Source: a virus
Length of the DNA: 64,000 bases
Reading direction: 5' to 3' (one strand)
Virus record (IMG/VR): IMGVR_UViG_3300037140_000126
Location: 60,955 to 124,954 of that record
Made by a program: the position numbers and the translations under genes. Positions 53,738 to 62,664 of the stretch are shown here, piece by piece. Every line of letters starts with the position of its first letter. Within the stretch, counting starts at the first letter, position 1. The notes below the pieces were generated by a model that was not told the DNA's origin, made no database searches, and saw nothing but the letters and a program-made list of their open reading frames with translations.

Positions 53738-54122
53738 ACATCTGATTCAGCTCGTTAACTAGCTGGGCCCGAACATCATTCAAATCAGCAATGCGCAACC
53801 CAAATTCACCTAGCTCCATTTTTTCACTATCAGTCAAGCTACCCGCTTTGCGGTAGACGCGAATCCGATCTTCCGCTTCCCACAGTTTTGCATTCACAAT
53901 GCCCAATCGTGCGTTCGCATTTGAAAACTGATCGTTGCTGAACGATGTGGCAGTGCGTTGATAACCCTGTATCTTTCTCTGCAAGTAGTTATCAAGCACA
54001 CGAAGTTCCTCTTCCCACGAAGCAGTAGGCACGTTCTTACGCATGCCCACGTTCAGTTTCAGTTGCAGGATCGACATGCGGTCAAGGACCTCACCGATTT
54101 CAGGTTCAAGCAAACCAGACAT
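53703..54122 (-). CDS. DUF6165-like helical protein (recalled family)
   Basis: GEVLDRMSILQLK...VNAKLWEAED...LNDVR. Confidence 0.55.
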   Translation of the reverse strand: MSGLLEPEIGEVLDRMSILQLKLNVGMRKNVPTASWEEELRVLDNYLQRKIQGYQRTATSFSNDQFSNANARLGIVNAKLWEAEDRIRVYRKAGSLTDSEKMELGEFGLRIADLNDVRAQLVNELNQMFGVSANTKMYA

Positions 54123-54125
54123 AAA

Positions 54126-54641
54126 TCACACGACCTTTCTTAAAGACTTTTGCACAACCATCCGAGAGACAAGCTGAAGTACCTCTTCCTTGTCAATTTG
54201 CGCTAGCCGCACTTCAATGAGCATCCGTGCGGCGAATAAAGTTCCTACACGTTCAGCTGTCGGTGCTTCGAACAGCCAATGCAACGGTATGCCCAAACCA
54301 TCGGCAAGCTTCTCGACAAATGCAAGCCGACCATATAATGGCCCTTTAAGTTCAAGCTCTTTAACTGTTGTCCGGTTGCAGCGCAGCCTATTGCAAAGTT
54401 CATATTGGGTAAGGAACGATGCAATCCTATACGTGCGCAACGCAGCGGCGATGTCTTTGCGCCAGTCACGGCGCTCTCTTACACGTGGCGTTGGCTCAAT
54501 AGGCTGTGCTGTCTCTACCGCAACAAGGCTTGGATTCGTCATAGTTCTACGACACCTGCGGCAAACGCTTGCCGCATACTGAACAAGTCCACAAATGCTA
54601 CATCGCAATACAACACGTTGTTTGTCGCTCACATCTTGCAT
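54126..54641 (-). CDS. Zn-ribbon plus XRE-type HTH regulator
   Basis: CSIC..CRRC; LTQYEL...RTTVKELE...KLADGLGI. Confidence 0.7.
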   Translation of the reverse strand: MQDVSDKQRVVLRCSICGLVQYAASVCRRCRRTMTNPSLVAVETAQPIEPTPRVRERRDWRKDIAAALRTYRIASFLTQYELCNRLRCNRTTVKELELKGPLYGRLAFVEKLADGLGIPLHWLFEAPTAERVGTLFAARMLIEVRLAQIDKEEVLQLVSRMVVQKSLRKVV

Positions 54642-54675
54642 GATACAGGATCACACTATTTCACCAACTAACTAA

Positions 54676-55221
54676 TTACTTTGGCACGGTCCCCACACGC
54701 TCGTTAAATCTGCTTGCCATTCTTTCTAGCCTAGAAACCCTTTCCTGCTGTTCTTTTTCTGGTACACCAGACTGGTCCATTTTCCGCTCGGCTTCGGCCA
54801 CCCAATGGTATAGTCCAGTGTAATCAATATGCATAGCGTTCACAGCATTATCCACATCCGCAACGCCAGCATTAGAACTCATTAACCGTTGATCCAAAAT
54901 CTGGTACTGCACATCCCTCTTTCTGGCGGTTTTTCCACGGTCCCCAGGATCACCAAAATAACCCTTATTCTCTTTAACCAGATCGTTCAAGAGTAGATGT
55001 GCGGACATTTTTGCATCCAACAATGTCTCTTCATCGGGGTCCTTCCCTTTGTCAATTGCTTCGTACATTTTATTGATAGACTCCATAAGACGTTCTTCCC
55101 TGACTTTCTCTTTGTCGCTAGGTGCTGATACATTCCTTCCCCGGCCACGAGTGTCCCAAGATTTCTCAACACCTTCCGAGGTGCCGGAAGCAAAAATCGA
55201 GATTGTAGTTTGAAGATTCAT
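54676..55221 (-). CDS. Leader-bearing protein of unknown function
   Basis: MNLQTTISIFA-SGTSEGVEKSWDTRGRGR; start reassigned to 55221. Confidence 0.7.
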   Translation of the reverse strand: MNLQTTISIFASGTSEGVEKSWDTRGRGRNVSAPSDKEKVREERLMESINKMYEAIDKGKDPDEETLLDAKMSAHLLLNDLVKENKGYFGDPGDRGKTARKRDVQYQILDQRLMSSNAGVADVDNAVNAMHIDYTGLYHWVAEAERKMDQSGVPEKEQQERVSRLERMASRFNERVGTVPK

Positions 55222-55229
55222 TTTGGTCC

Positions 55230-55697
55230 TTAGCCAAGATTTACTTTCGTCACTTCCCGAATGTCTATAACTGTCCCATCGCCCAATTGCTGCAAACAGC
55301 CCATCGGTGTCCACAACCAACCACCGTCTCGATGCTTTACGCCGTCACCTTTTCCTTGTGGGGAACAATGGTAATCCGAACACATTTTTGGATGGTGTCC
55401 GTGAATCGTGCAAAGCGACCTGTCCGAATCCAAGTAGTAGCAGGAGTTTCCATCCTTGGAACGCTCCAGCACTCGTAACTCTGGATTCTGCGGGAAAGGA
55501 CGGTTCTTGTATTTTGGAATTTCGTCTTCTTGCAGCAGAACCGTAAATCCTTGGCGCAAGCGGCAGCACATCGCCTTACAGAAGGGCAAACATTCCACAC
55601 ACTCGGCGTTGAACTGAAGCGTAGAAAAAGTTCCGTTCCACACTAGCTCAATTCTACCACTCGGCAGTTCAACAAGAGTTTGGCGTTCCTCGGTCAC
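55230..55697 (-). CDS. YkgJ-like Cys-cluster protein
   Basis: CVEC...CKAMCC...C.YL...CTIH...P.MC. Confidence 0.75.
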   Translation of the reverse strand: MTEERQTLVELPSGRIELVWNGTFSTLQFNAECVECLPFCKAMCCRLRQGFTVLLQEDEIPKYKNRPFPQNPELRVLERSKDGNSCYYLDSDRSLCTIHGHHPKMCSDYHCSPQGKGDGVKHRDGGWLWTPMGCLQQLGDGTVIDIREVTKVNLG

Positions 55698-56845
55698 AAT
55701 CCTGCCTCATCCGCTATGTTCCTGCGCTTCGGTGGCCTCTCGCCAATGTCTACGTTCTTGTGAGTAATCACTACATCGGCAGCCATCTTGCGCTTTTTGC
55801 GCTTCGTTACGATTCGCGCCACTTTAGCATCGCCACCCTTCAATGTTCCAACATCAGGGTCCGAGGAATAACTACGAGCGCGTGCCTTCGGATCGTTCAT
55901 TTCACTCTTGCTACCACCTTTTGTCTTCTCGCTCTGTTCGTCCGATGCCTTCCTATAGCCGTAGTAGCCAGTGCCTTTCAGCTGGTCAGTCATCTCCGAC
56001 TTGCTGCCGCCTTTTGTTTTCTGACGCTGCACATCACTCGCGTTCTTGTAGCCCATATAACCGGAGGTTTTTAGTCGCCCGCGTAGTTTCCCACCTTTCG
56101 AGCGCATCGTGGGCATTGAAGTCGGCTTCGTTGTACCGCCAGGAGTAGGAAGAGGTTTCATCGCCATCGTTGGACCAGGTCCGCTGCCTTGGCTTAATGA
56201 AGCACTCGGTGCACCCCCGATACCTGCACCGCCAGTAGCACCGTGAATCTGCATCGCCGCTTCAATCGAACTGACCTGCACTCGACGAAACTCGGTGGCA
56301 ATTTTCTCGGCCTGTGCGGCCAGTTCTCGTCTAACAGTATTTTGCCTAAAACTCTTGAGCGTAACGCCCGATACTTTATCCAAACTCAACACTTTGAGTG
56401 CGTCTTCTCCGACCCATGCCCGGATCGTCTCGCGTCCCTGTAAACGATGTGCAGCACAACGGTGTTTTCCATCAACGACAATCACAGGAGGAAAATAACC
56501 GAGCGCCTGCACAAGACCTAGTTTCTTTTTATTTATATCTACAACGATAGGCTCGACGCTGCCAGCTGCCGCCCGCATGAAGCCCTGTACTTTGCTGGAG
56601 TTCTCAGCCTTAATCGGACAGGCAGCATATTGCAGAGGCAAATCCACGAGACGAAAGCGGTGCGACACAAGCCACTCCTGCTGCCAGGAAGCGGGTGTTC
56701 CCGGAATGTGTTGCCTCTGTTCTTGTGCCATAGCAAACACATCCTCAGCAATCTTGTCGGCGAGCTTATTCAAATCACGCTGAACTACAGCAGCGTGTGC
56801 TCTCGTATTTAGCGTGCTCATTGCTAGAGCCTGTTGAATGTTCAT
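55694..56845 (-). CDS. ParB/Srx-like domain protein with leader-like N-terminus and repeated C-terminal peptides
   Basis: MNIQQALAMS; PPVIVVDGKHR; two 31-aa repeats. Confidence 0.7.
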   Translation of the reverse strand: MNIQQALAMSTLNTRAHAAVVQRDLNKLADKIAEDVFAMAQEQRQHIPGTPASWQQEWLVSHRFRLVDLPLQYAACPIKAENSSKVQGFMRAAAGSVEPIVVDINKKKLGLVQALGYFPPVIVVDGKHRCAAHRLQGRETIRAWVGEDALKVLSLDKVSGVTLKSFRQNTVRRELAAQAEKIATEFRRVQVSSIEAAMQIHGATGGAGIGGAPSASLSQGSGPGPTMAMKPLPTPGGTTKPTSMPTMRSKGGKLRGRLKTSGYMGYKNASDVQRQKTKGGSKSEMTDQLKGTGYYGYRKASDEQSEKTKGGSKSEMNDPKARARSYSSDPDVGTLKGGDAKVARIVTKRKKRKMAADVVITHKNVDIGERPPKRRNIADEAGL

Positions 56846-56899
56846 AGAAAACTCCTAAAAAGCAGTTCAGGATACGCTGACAGATAGCGATTGCTGCCG

Positions 56900-56917
56900 T
56901 TTCCCGTTGATTTCCCG
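56900..56917 (-). repeat. Intergenic motif CGGGAAATCAACGGGAAA, copy 3
   Basis: 17/18 match to copies 1 and 2. Confidence 0.75.
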
Positions 56918-56997
56918 CACGATCCAGCACTTCCACGTACTAAGTAGCAAGATGCTCACTAAAATGCTTAAAACACACACTTCACACCTCGCACAGA

Positions 56998-57171
56998 TCA
57001 TTTGCTGTCCTCATGGCATTCGCATGTACATTTCAACTTGTAGCAGCGTGGGTGAGCTTCTCGTTTACAAGCAGCACTCATCTCTTCTTTTGTGCCCCGC
57101 CCTTGTCCCATCTGTGCACGAGAATCATCCGCTTGGTGCCAATCAATCTGTATCGGCCCTGTGTTTATCAT
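56998..57171 (-). CDS. 57-aa Cys-rich ORF (not in track)
   Basis: ...CKREAHPRCYKLKCTCECH; ATGA overlap with upstream gene. Confidence 0.45.
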   Translation of the reverse strand: MINTGPIQIDWHQADDSRAQMGQGRGTKEEMSAACKREAHPRCYKLKCTCECHEDSK

Positions 57172-57506
57172 GAATTCCTCAACTGCACTTTCGCCGGAAT
57201 CGACCAGAGCGCTTGCGTACCACTTTGGTTGGCGGTAATTTGCAACGTGTAGCCACTTCCTAACGCCGCACTGAACGTATCAGGAACAATTCCCAAATAA
57301 TTGCCATTCGTGTCAGTCAAATAGGCCATCGGAAGATTATTCAGCACAGGATCGGGATTGCCACGGTCGTCCAGCAGCGTAGCGGTCACACTAGCGCCGT
57401 TCAAGTAACTACCCGATATCTTATCTTGCAAACCTTGAACTTCAATCGGCTGCGTGTTTTCCGGATGCAAATAAACAATAGAAGGTATCACCGCTCGTCT
57501 CCGCAA
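57168..57506 (-). CDS. Ig-like/structural small protein
   Basis: LNGASVTATL...GNYLG...YTLQITA. Confidence 0.55.
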   Translation of the reverse strand: MRRRAVIPSIVYLHPENTQPIEVQGLQDKISGSYLNGASVTATLLDDRGNPDPVLNNLPMAYLTDTNGNYLGIVPDTFSAALGSGYTLQITANQSGTQALWSIPAKVQLRNS

Positions 57507-60500
57507 CCGATCTTCAGTGCAAACATAACAATTTGTGGTGTCACGATCACGTCGGCAATCTCATAGGGTTGTACGTCCACATTGAACTGCGCTGGTGATG
57601 GCTGGACAAGCAACGCTTCAATCACCATCTGCCCAAGCACAGCAATCTTAAACGCACTGACCTGGTTCGCAACAAGGACACGATAAATACACATGAAAAG
57701 GGCCGCTGAAGGTAGGAAGCCCTCTTCGTTACGAATCTCTTCTGCAAGCCGGGCCGTCCACCCGACCCACATCTCAAGCTCGCCTTCGTCTTGAATCGCA
57801 TACGGAGGAATCGGCACGTTGTTCTGCTGCGTCTCTTCATCCGCGTGTAGATTCTGTACCCAGGCACACCATTTGTCTACTAATTCTTCTGCCTGCACAA
57901 CAGGAGGCGGCGGCGTTGTCTCTGAAGCGTCCGCGTTATCGACAAGCGTAGGCACAGGAATCAGTTTTTCTGGGTCATGTTCAATGACATACGGAGGCTT
58001 TGGCGGCAACGATATTTCAATTTCTTCCGGCTGCATTGCCCTAGTCTCTGTGAACCTCTCGCTGACTTCATCCTGTATTGCAGACGGGGGCGTTGGCGGC
58101 ACTTCGCGTTGCGTTTCCGTATCTTCGTGCCAAGGCTGTTGCAGTCCAACGAACTTTTCAGAAATTTCATCTTGCTGCGTCACGGGAGGCGTCGGTGTCC
58201 TACCAGAACTTTCCTCTTCAAAGGGCCGAGAAATTGGTTCGGCTGTTTTGAAGTGCACATCAACATCGTCAAGTCCGATATTCGGAGCAACCACAGGAGC
58301 TACCGGTTGTTTGTCGGATTCAGTGGAATCGTCGAACACAGCTTGATAACCAAACCACTTGGACATTTCGGAATCATCGGCGACAGGACCAATCGGATGT
58401 ATCGCAGAAATCGTGTCGGTGTCCTCGTGCTGTCTCGCTGTCCAATCTACATATTTCTGTTCGGCTTCTTCTGTCTGCTGAACAGTCGATGGTGGCGGAG
58501 GCAAAGCACGTTGCATCTCCGTGTCCTCATACTGAATTGAACGCTTCGTCACATCGAACTTATTTTCTCCATCGTCCGTGAACGTAGTCGGCGGCGGCGG
58601 CGGTATCGCCCTCTGTGTCTCAGCATCTTCATAGACCGGAACGACACGATCCTGCGCGTGCGGCAGATAATCTTCAAATTCCCAACCTTCAGGCACAATT
58701 GGGGGCGGCGGAGGCGTCTTATACCCTTCTAGGTCTTGCGTATCTATTACCGCAGGCGGTGCACTCCATTTCTCAATCGGCTCTTCTTGGAACGTAGGAG
58801 GCGGTGCCGGTGGCACGACAAGAAGTGTTTCATCATCCGGCTGAACGGAACGAGCTTCGAACCACTTCTCTATTTCAGGATCATCTATCGTAGGTGGAGT
58901 CGGCGTCGATGAACGGGCATCTTCTTCTTGCTGTTGCCTGCGGTCCGCAATTCTAAAACTAGCTTCCACATCATCAAGCCCAATATTCGGGGCGACTACA
59001 GGAGGCGTCACAATCGTAGGATTATCGAGGTCTTCCTGTGTCTGTCCAAATAAAACTACCGACCAATATTGGTAGAATTCATCTTCTGTTGCAAACGTCG
59101 GTGCTGTAGCGAAGCCAAAATCCATCACATCGCCAACTGTAATTTCTTCTTCTGCAATTCCGAATAGCCCTTCGTAGCTTGTTGGTGGCATGGGAATGAC
59201 ACCAGGTTCGTCAGTCTCCGGTGTGTGATCATAAACCGTTGCTTGTTGCGACGGTTTGAACAGTGCGTCCAGATCATCCGTACCCTGTTGTGTCGGAACA
59301 AACGGTGGAGTGGGCAGCAAGTCCGACTCAGTAGAATCATCCTGCACTTGTCGATAGGCAATCCATGCTTCTATTTCTGGATCATCTACGCTTAGCGGAG
59401 TCGGTGCCGCAAACGTATGGTCGTCTTCTAATGCTGGAGCGCCCCATCCCGTCCATTTCGATTGTTCTGTGTCTTGGTCGATAGAGAAAGGCGGCGAAGG
59501 TGGCAGCACATCTTGCTCAATCTCTTCTGGCCGCAATGCCGACCAACCCACCCACTTCTCGGAAACTTCCTCAATACTGATTTCTTCAATCGTTGGGGGC
59601 CGTGGTGGGAAAGTCGTCCAATCGTCTTCCGGCTGTAGACCTCTCCAGTCTACCCACCGCTCCATGATTTGCATATCGTCAAACTTAGGTGCGAAGTCAG
59701 GATTGCTTGCTGTAAGGGTTGCCTGCAGACTTCCAAGCTCCCCAGCACTGTCCACGAGCATCACGTATCCATAATTTCCGGGACTGACAAAAAGCACACT
59801 CATTGGATATGCCCCTGCTGTAACAGGGGTTGTTTCAATGATCCCGGCCGTGGTAACGACAACTTGAAATGAACTGCCTCCAGCCGAATTAAGAAAAAGA
59901 GTGGTGGGCGTTCCAGCGCTCGGGGTACTGTTAAACTCCCCCGCATTGTCAACAGCAATACCCCAGATTCCGCTACCGCTATCCTGAAGAAGAAGGCTAA
60001 CCACGGGAAGAAGCGAATACGTTGCGGACGATGGAATGCCGATCTCGGAATCTAAATCACCAATCTGAACTTGCTGGCGTTCTGTAATCTTGAAACTGGC
60101 CTCAAGATCATCAAGACCAATATTCGGCACTACGACTGGTGGGATTGGCGGGAAATCGGATTCAGTCGAGTCATCGAATAGAATTCGGTGGCCAAACCAT
60201 CGTGACACTTCCGAATCATCGGGAATGACCGGCGGAGGAACAGGGGCGCTCGAAGTAAGATCGTCTTCAATAGCGGCAGCGGCCCATCCCAACCATTTTT
60301 CAATCTCTAAATCGTCAATCGTAGGCGGAGCGGCCAATCCACCCGGTTCGTCTGCTTCCGATGTTGCGTCATACACAGTTCTCTGATCGTACGTGCGTTC
60401 TGTTTCGCCGTCTTGAATTGCAAATGGCGGAGCCGCTAGCCCTCCCGGCTCGTCAGTTTCAGGAGTATGGTCATAAACCACATTCCAACCGAACCATCGT

Positions 60501-61771
60501 GACTGTTCACTGTCTTGATCAATCACGCTTTGTGGTGCAACCAAACCTCCAGGTTCGTCAGTCTCAGAAGTATGGTCATACACGGTGTGCTGCTCTAGAA
60601 AATGGAAAGTAGAATCTAGATCGTCAAATCCGATATGGGGCACGACGGGCAGCAGTGCAATGTGTGTCGCGTCGTCGGACGAATTGTCATATACAGCGAT
60701 TGGCCTGCCGGTCCATACGGCAATATATTGTTCATCGTCATCATTCATGATTCGGTAAGGATTTGGAACTACGATTATGCCGTTAACGATTGTGATTTCC
60801 GTTTGGAAACCAGAAGGACACGTCAACATCGGATACTGCGTTGCATAGCCAGAATTATAGGTAACCGAAACTGCCTGTGGTAGCCCAACAGTCGTGATTG
60901 TCAGTTGCCAACTTGTCGAGGCTGCCGCCGAATCGTTTAGGAAAAAAGTGGTGGCGGGGCCGTTCAGAATCTCATTGTTTAAAAGAATTCCAGAATCATT
61001 GATCGTGATTCTCCAGAACTGCCCGTTGACATCTGCAAGAATGAAATATTCACCTGTTGGCAAGAAAGGCGTCGGGGGAAAATAACTACTCTCATCTTCC
61101 TGCCGGAACATGCTTAGAGGCAACTGCCAATCACATAGCTTCGCGGCAAGCGGCTGGTCATCATCGTATGCGCGGACGAGAAGCACAGCCAACTCAAGGC
61201 CTGTTCCAGCCCAGTTACTCAGCGAGCTGTTCGTCGCAGCAACCGTTGTTGTCGTGTTATCTAGGATCGCTACACCAGGGGTTGTCGAACCAGCACCTGC
61301 AATATTATTACGAAGATTGTCACTGCTTAAGGCCCATGTACCTGTGCCTTCGGCGGCATATGCCACAAGTGCCCAGTCGTTCGTCAGCAGTGTTTTCGGC
61401 AACGTCATACTCAGCGGTGAAGTCGTGCCACTGCCGGTGATTGTATTGCTCTGAATAAAATCGAAGATTCCCGTGTAGGTTGCAATAGCAATGCTGTAAC
61501 GGGAACTTCCAAACGTGCAGGTAATACTCGGACTTGCACCTCGGTTACTAAGGCATCCCCACAAAGTGATCGTAGCAGTGCTAGTGAACGTACCAAGTTG
61601 TACATAATTATTACTCGCAGTATCGGTAGGAACCGCCGAGACTGTACCAATAGTCCCAACTGCAACGATGATTGTCTCACCGACGGCTGCTGTCGTCGTG
61701 ATTGCACCAGAGGTTATCGCGGCGGTTGAACTGCCCTGAGTATTGCCGTGCGCAGTGTTGGCAATGGCCAT
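57488..61771 (-). CDS. 1427-aa acidic, Pro-rich repetitive virion-type protein
   Basis: N-terminal S/T beta domain; repeats PNIGLDDxEASF, VYDHTPETDEPG, DDxExSKWxG, poly-Pro. Confidence 0.75.
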   Translation of the reverse strand: MAIANTAHGNTQGSSTAAITSGAITTTAAVGETIIVAVGTIGTVSAVPTDTASNNYVQLGTFTSTATITLWGCLSNRGASPSITCTFGSSRYSIAIATYTGIFDFIQSNTITGSGTTSPLSMTLPKTLLTNDWALVAYAAEGTGTWALSSDNLRNNIAGAGSTTPGVAILDNTTTTVAATNSSLSNWAGTGLELAVLLVRAYDDDQPLAAKLCDWQLPLSMFRQEDESSYFPPTPFLPTGEYFILADVNGQFWRITINDSGILLNNEILNGPATTFFLNDSAAASTSWQLTITTVGLPQAVSVTYNSGYATQYPMLTCPSGFQTEITIVNGIIVVPNPYRIMNDDDEQYIAVWTGRPIAVYDNSSDDATHIALLPVVPHIGFDDLDSTFHFLEQHTVYDHTSETDEPGGLVAPQSVIDQDSEQSRWFGWNVVYDHTPETDEPGGLAAPPFAIQDGETERTYDQRTVYDATSEADEPGGLAAPPTIDDLEIEKWLGWAAAAIEDDLTSSAPVPPPVIPDDSEVSRWFGHRILFDDSTESDFPPIPPVVVPNIGLDDLEASFKITERQQVQIGDLDSEIGIPSSATYSLLPVVSLLLQDSGSGIWGIAVDNAGEFNSTPSAGTPTTLFLNSAGGSSFQVVVTTAGIIETTPVTAGAYPMSVLFVSPGNYGYVMLVDSAGELGSLQATLTASNPDFAPKFDDMQIMERWVDWRGLQPEDDWTTFPPRPPTIEEISIEEVSEKWVGWSALRPEEIEQDVLPPSPPFSIDQDTEQSKWTGWGAPALEDDHTFAAPTPLSVDDPEIEAWIAYRQVQDDSTESDLLPTPPFVPTQQGTDDLDALFKPSQQATVYDHTPETDEPGVIPMPPTSYEGLFGIAEEEITVGDVMDFGFATAPTFATEDEFYQYWSVVLFGQTQEDLDNPTIVTPPVVAPNIGLDDVEASFRIADRRQQQEEDARSSTPTPPTIDDPEIEKWFEARSVQPDDETLLVVPPAPPPTFQEEPIEKWSAPPAVIDTQDLEGYKTPPPPPIVPEGWEFEDYLPHAQDRVVPVYEDAETQRAIPPPPPTTFTDDGENKFDVTKRSIQYEDTEMQRALPPPPSTVQQTEEAEQKYVDWTARQHEDTDTISAIHPIGPVADDSEMSKWFGYQAVFDDSTESDKQPVAPVVAPNIGLDDVDVHFKTAEPISRPFEEESSGRTPTPPVTQQDEISEKFVGLQQPWHEDTETQREVPPTPPSAIQDEVSERFTETRAMQPEEIEISLPPKPPYVIEHDPEKLIPVPTLVDNADASETTPPPPVVQAEELVDKWCAWVQNLHADEETQQNNVPIPPYAIQDEGELEMWVGWTARLAEEIRNEEGFLPSAALFMCIYRVLVANQVSAFKIAVLGQMVIEALLVQPSPAQFNVDVQPYEIADVIVTPQIVMFALKIGCGDER

Positions 61772-61830
61772 AATTCAGCATGCAGTAGCTTACTGGCTTT
61801 GAATTTCGGTGTATCTAACTATAAAACTTG

Positions 61831-62616
61831 TCAGTCGCCGATGCCCGCTTTGCCGCCTATTCCCGCTTTGCCGCCCATGCCTGCGCCGCCTGGACCGCTT
61901 GGAGGAGGCTCAAGCGCAATCGTGGCTGTCGCGTACACCGTAGATGCCGTCTGGGTTGACGTGGGAGTAATAGAGCCGTGGGTGGCTTGCACTCCCAATT
62001 CTCCCATTGAGGCAAACCCGCCCTGTGTTGCCACAATCGTAAATCCGCTACCAGCAGTGAAGGTGCCTCCGGTTCCATTCGTGTTGGTGAAGAAAGCGAT
62101 AATCAGGTCGCCGTCGGTACTGGTGGTGGGAGCGTAGGCATTGATTGGATTGCCTGCGGTTACAGACGATGTGAAAAGCATCCCATGACCATCAAGCGTT
62201 CCGCTTGCATTTCCTCCGCTAATCTCTAGGGCAATACACGTATTCGCCGTGGTAGCGGTCACCGTGCATCCGATTGTGCATGAGCCTGTGGACGTAGCTA
62301 CGCCAACTGCATACGACTCGGTACTGTTTACTCCACCGCTGACTGGAATATCTGGCTGCGTGGTGGATGGCAGTGGCGAGCAAGAACCAAGACCAAAAGA
62401 AGAGATTGTCCCAGTGTAAGTATCGTCCCACACGATGACGAAATTACCGTTCGTCACATTCGATCCGAAAGCGCAATTCACCGTCGTTGCGTTCGCCTCT
62501 ACGGCGCATTGCTGCACGCAGGTATAGATACCGTAAGACGTGCCCGTACAAGGTGCTGCGTGGGCTTCTCCAGAAAATGCCAGAACGAGAATTAGCAGAA
62601 ACAGTAGTTTACGCAT
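61831..62616 (-). CDS. Signal-peptide-like protein with S/T-rich beta domains
   Basis: MRKLLFLLILVLAFSGEAHA; resembles the N-domain of 57488-61771. Confidence 0.6.
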   Translation of the reverse strand: MRKLLFLLILVLAFSGEAHAAPCTGTSYGIYTCVQQCAVEANATTVNCAFGSNVTNGNFVIVWDDTYTGTISSFGLGSCSPLPSTTQPDIPVSGGVNSTESYAVGVATSTGSCTIGCTVTATTANTCIALEISGGNASGTLDGHGMLFTSSVTAGNPINAYAPTTSTDGDLIIAFFTNTNGTGGTFTAGSGFTIVATQGGFASMGELGVQATHGSITPTSTQTASTVYATATIALEPPPSGPGGAGMGGKAGIGGKAGIGD

Positions 62617-62664
62617 CTAATTCACCCCAGTAGAACATCAGCCCGATAATTAGAAGTAGTCGTC

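Noticed and set aside
59200-60600. Recurring ~30-nt DNA repeats as a CRISPR array
   Set aside because: Degenerate at wobble positions, irregular spacing, and inside the 1427-aa ORF; no cas genes
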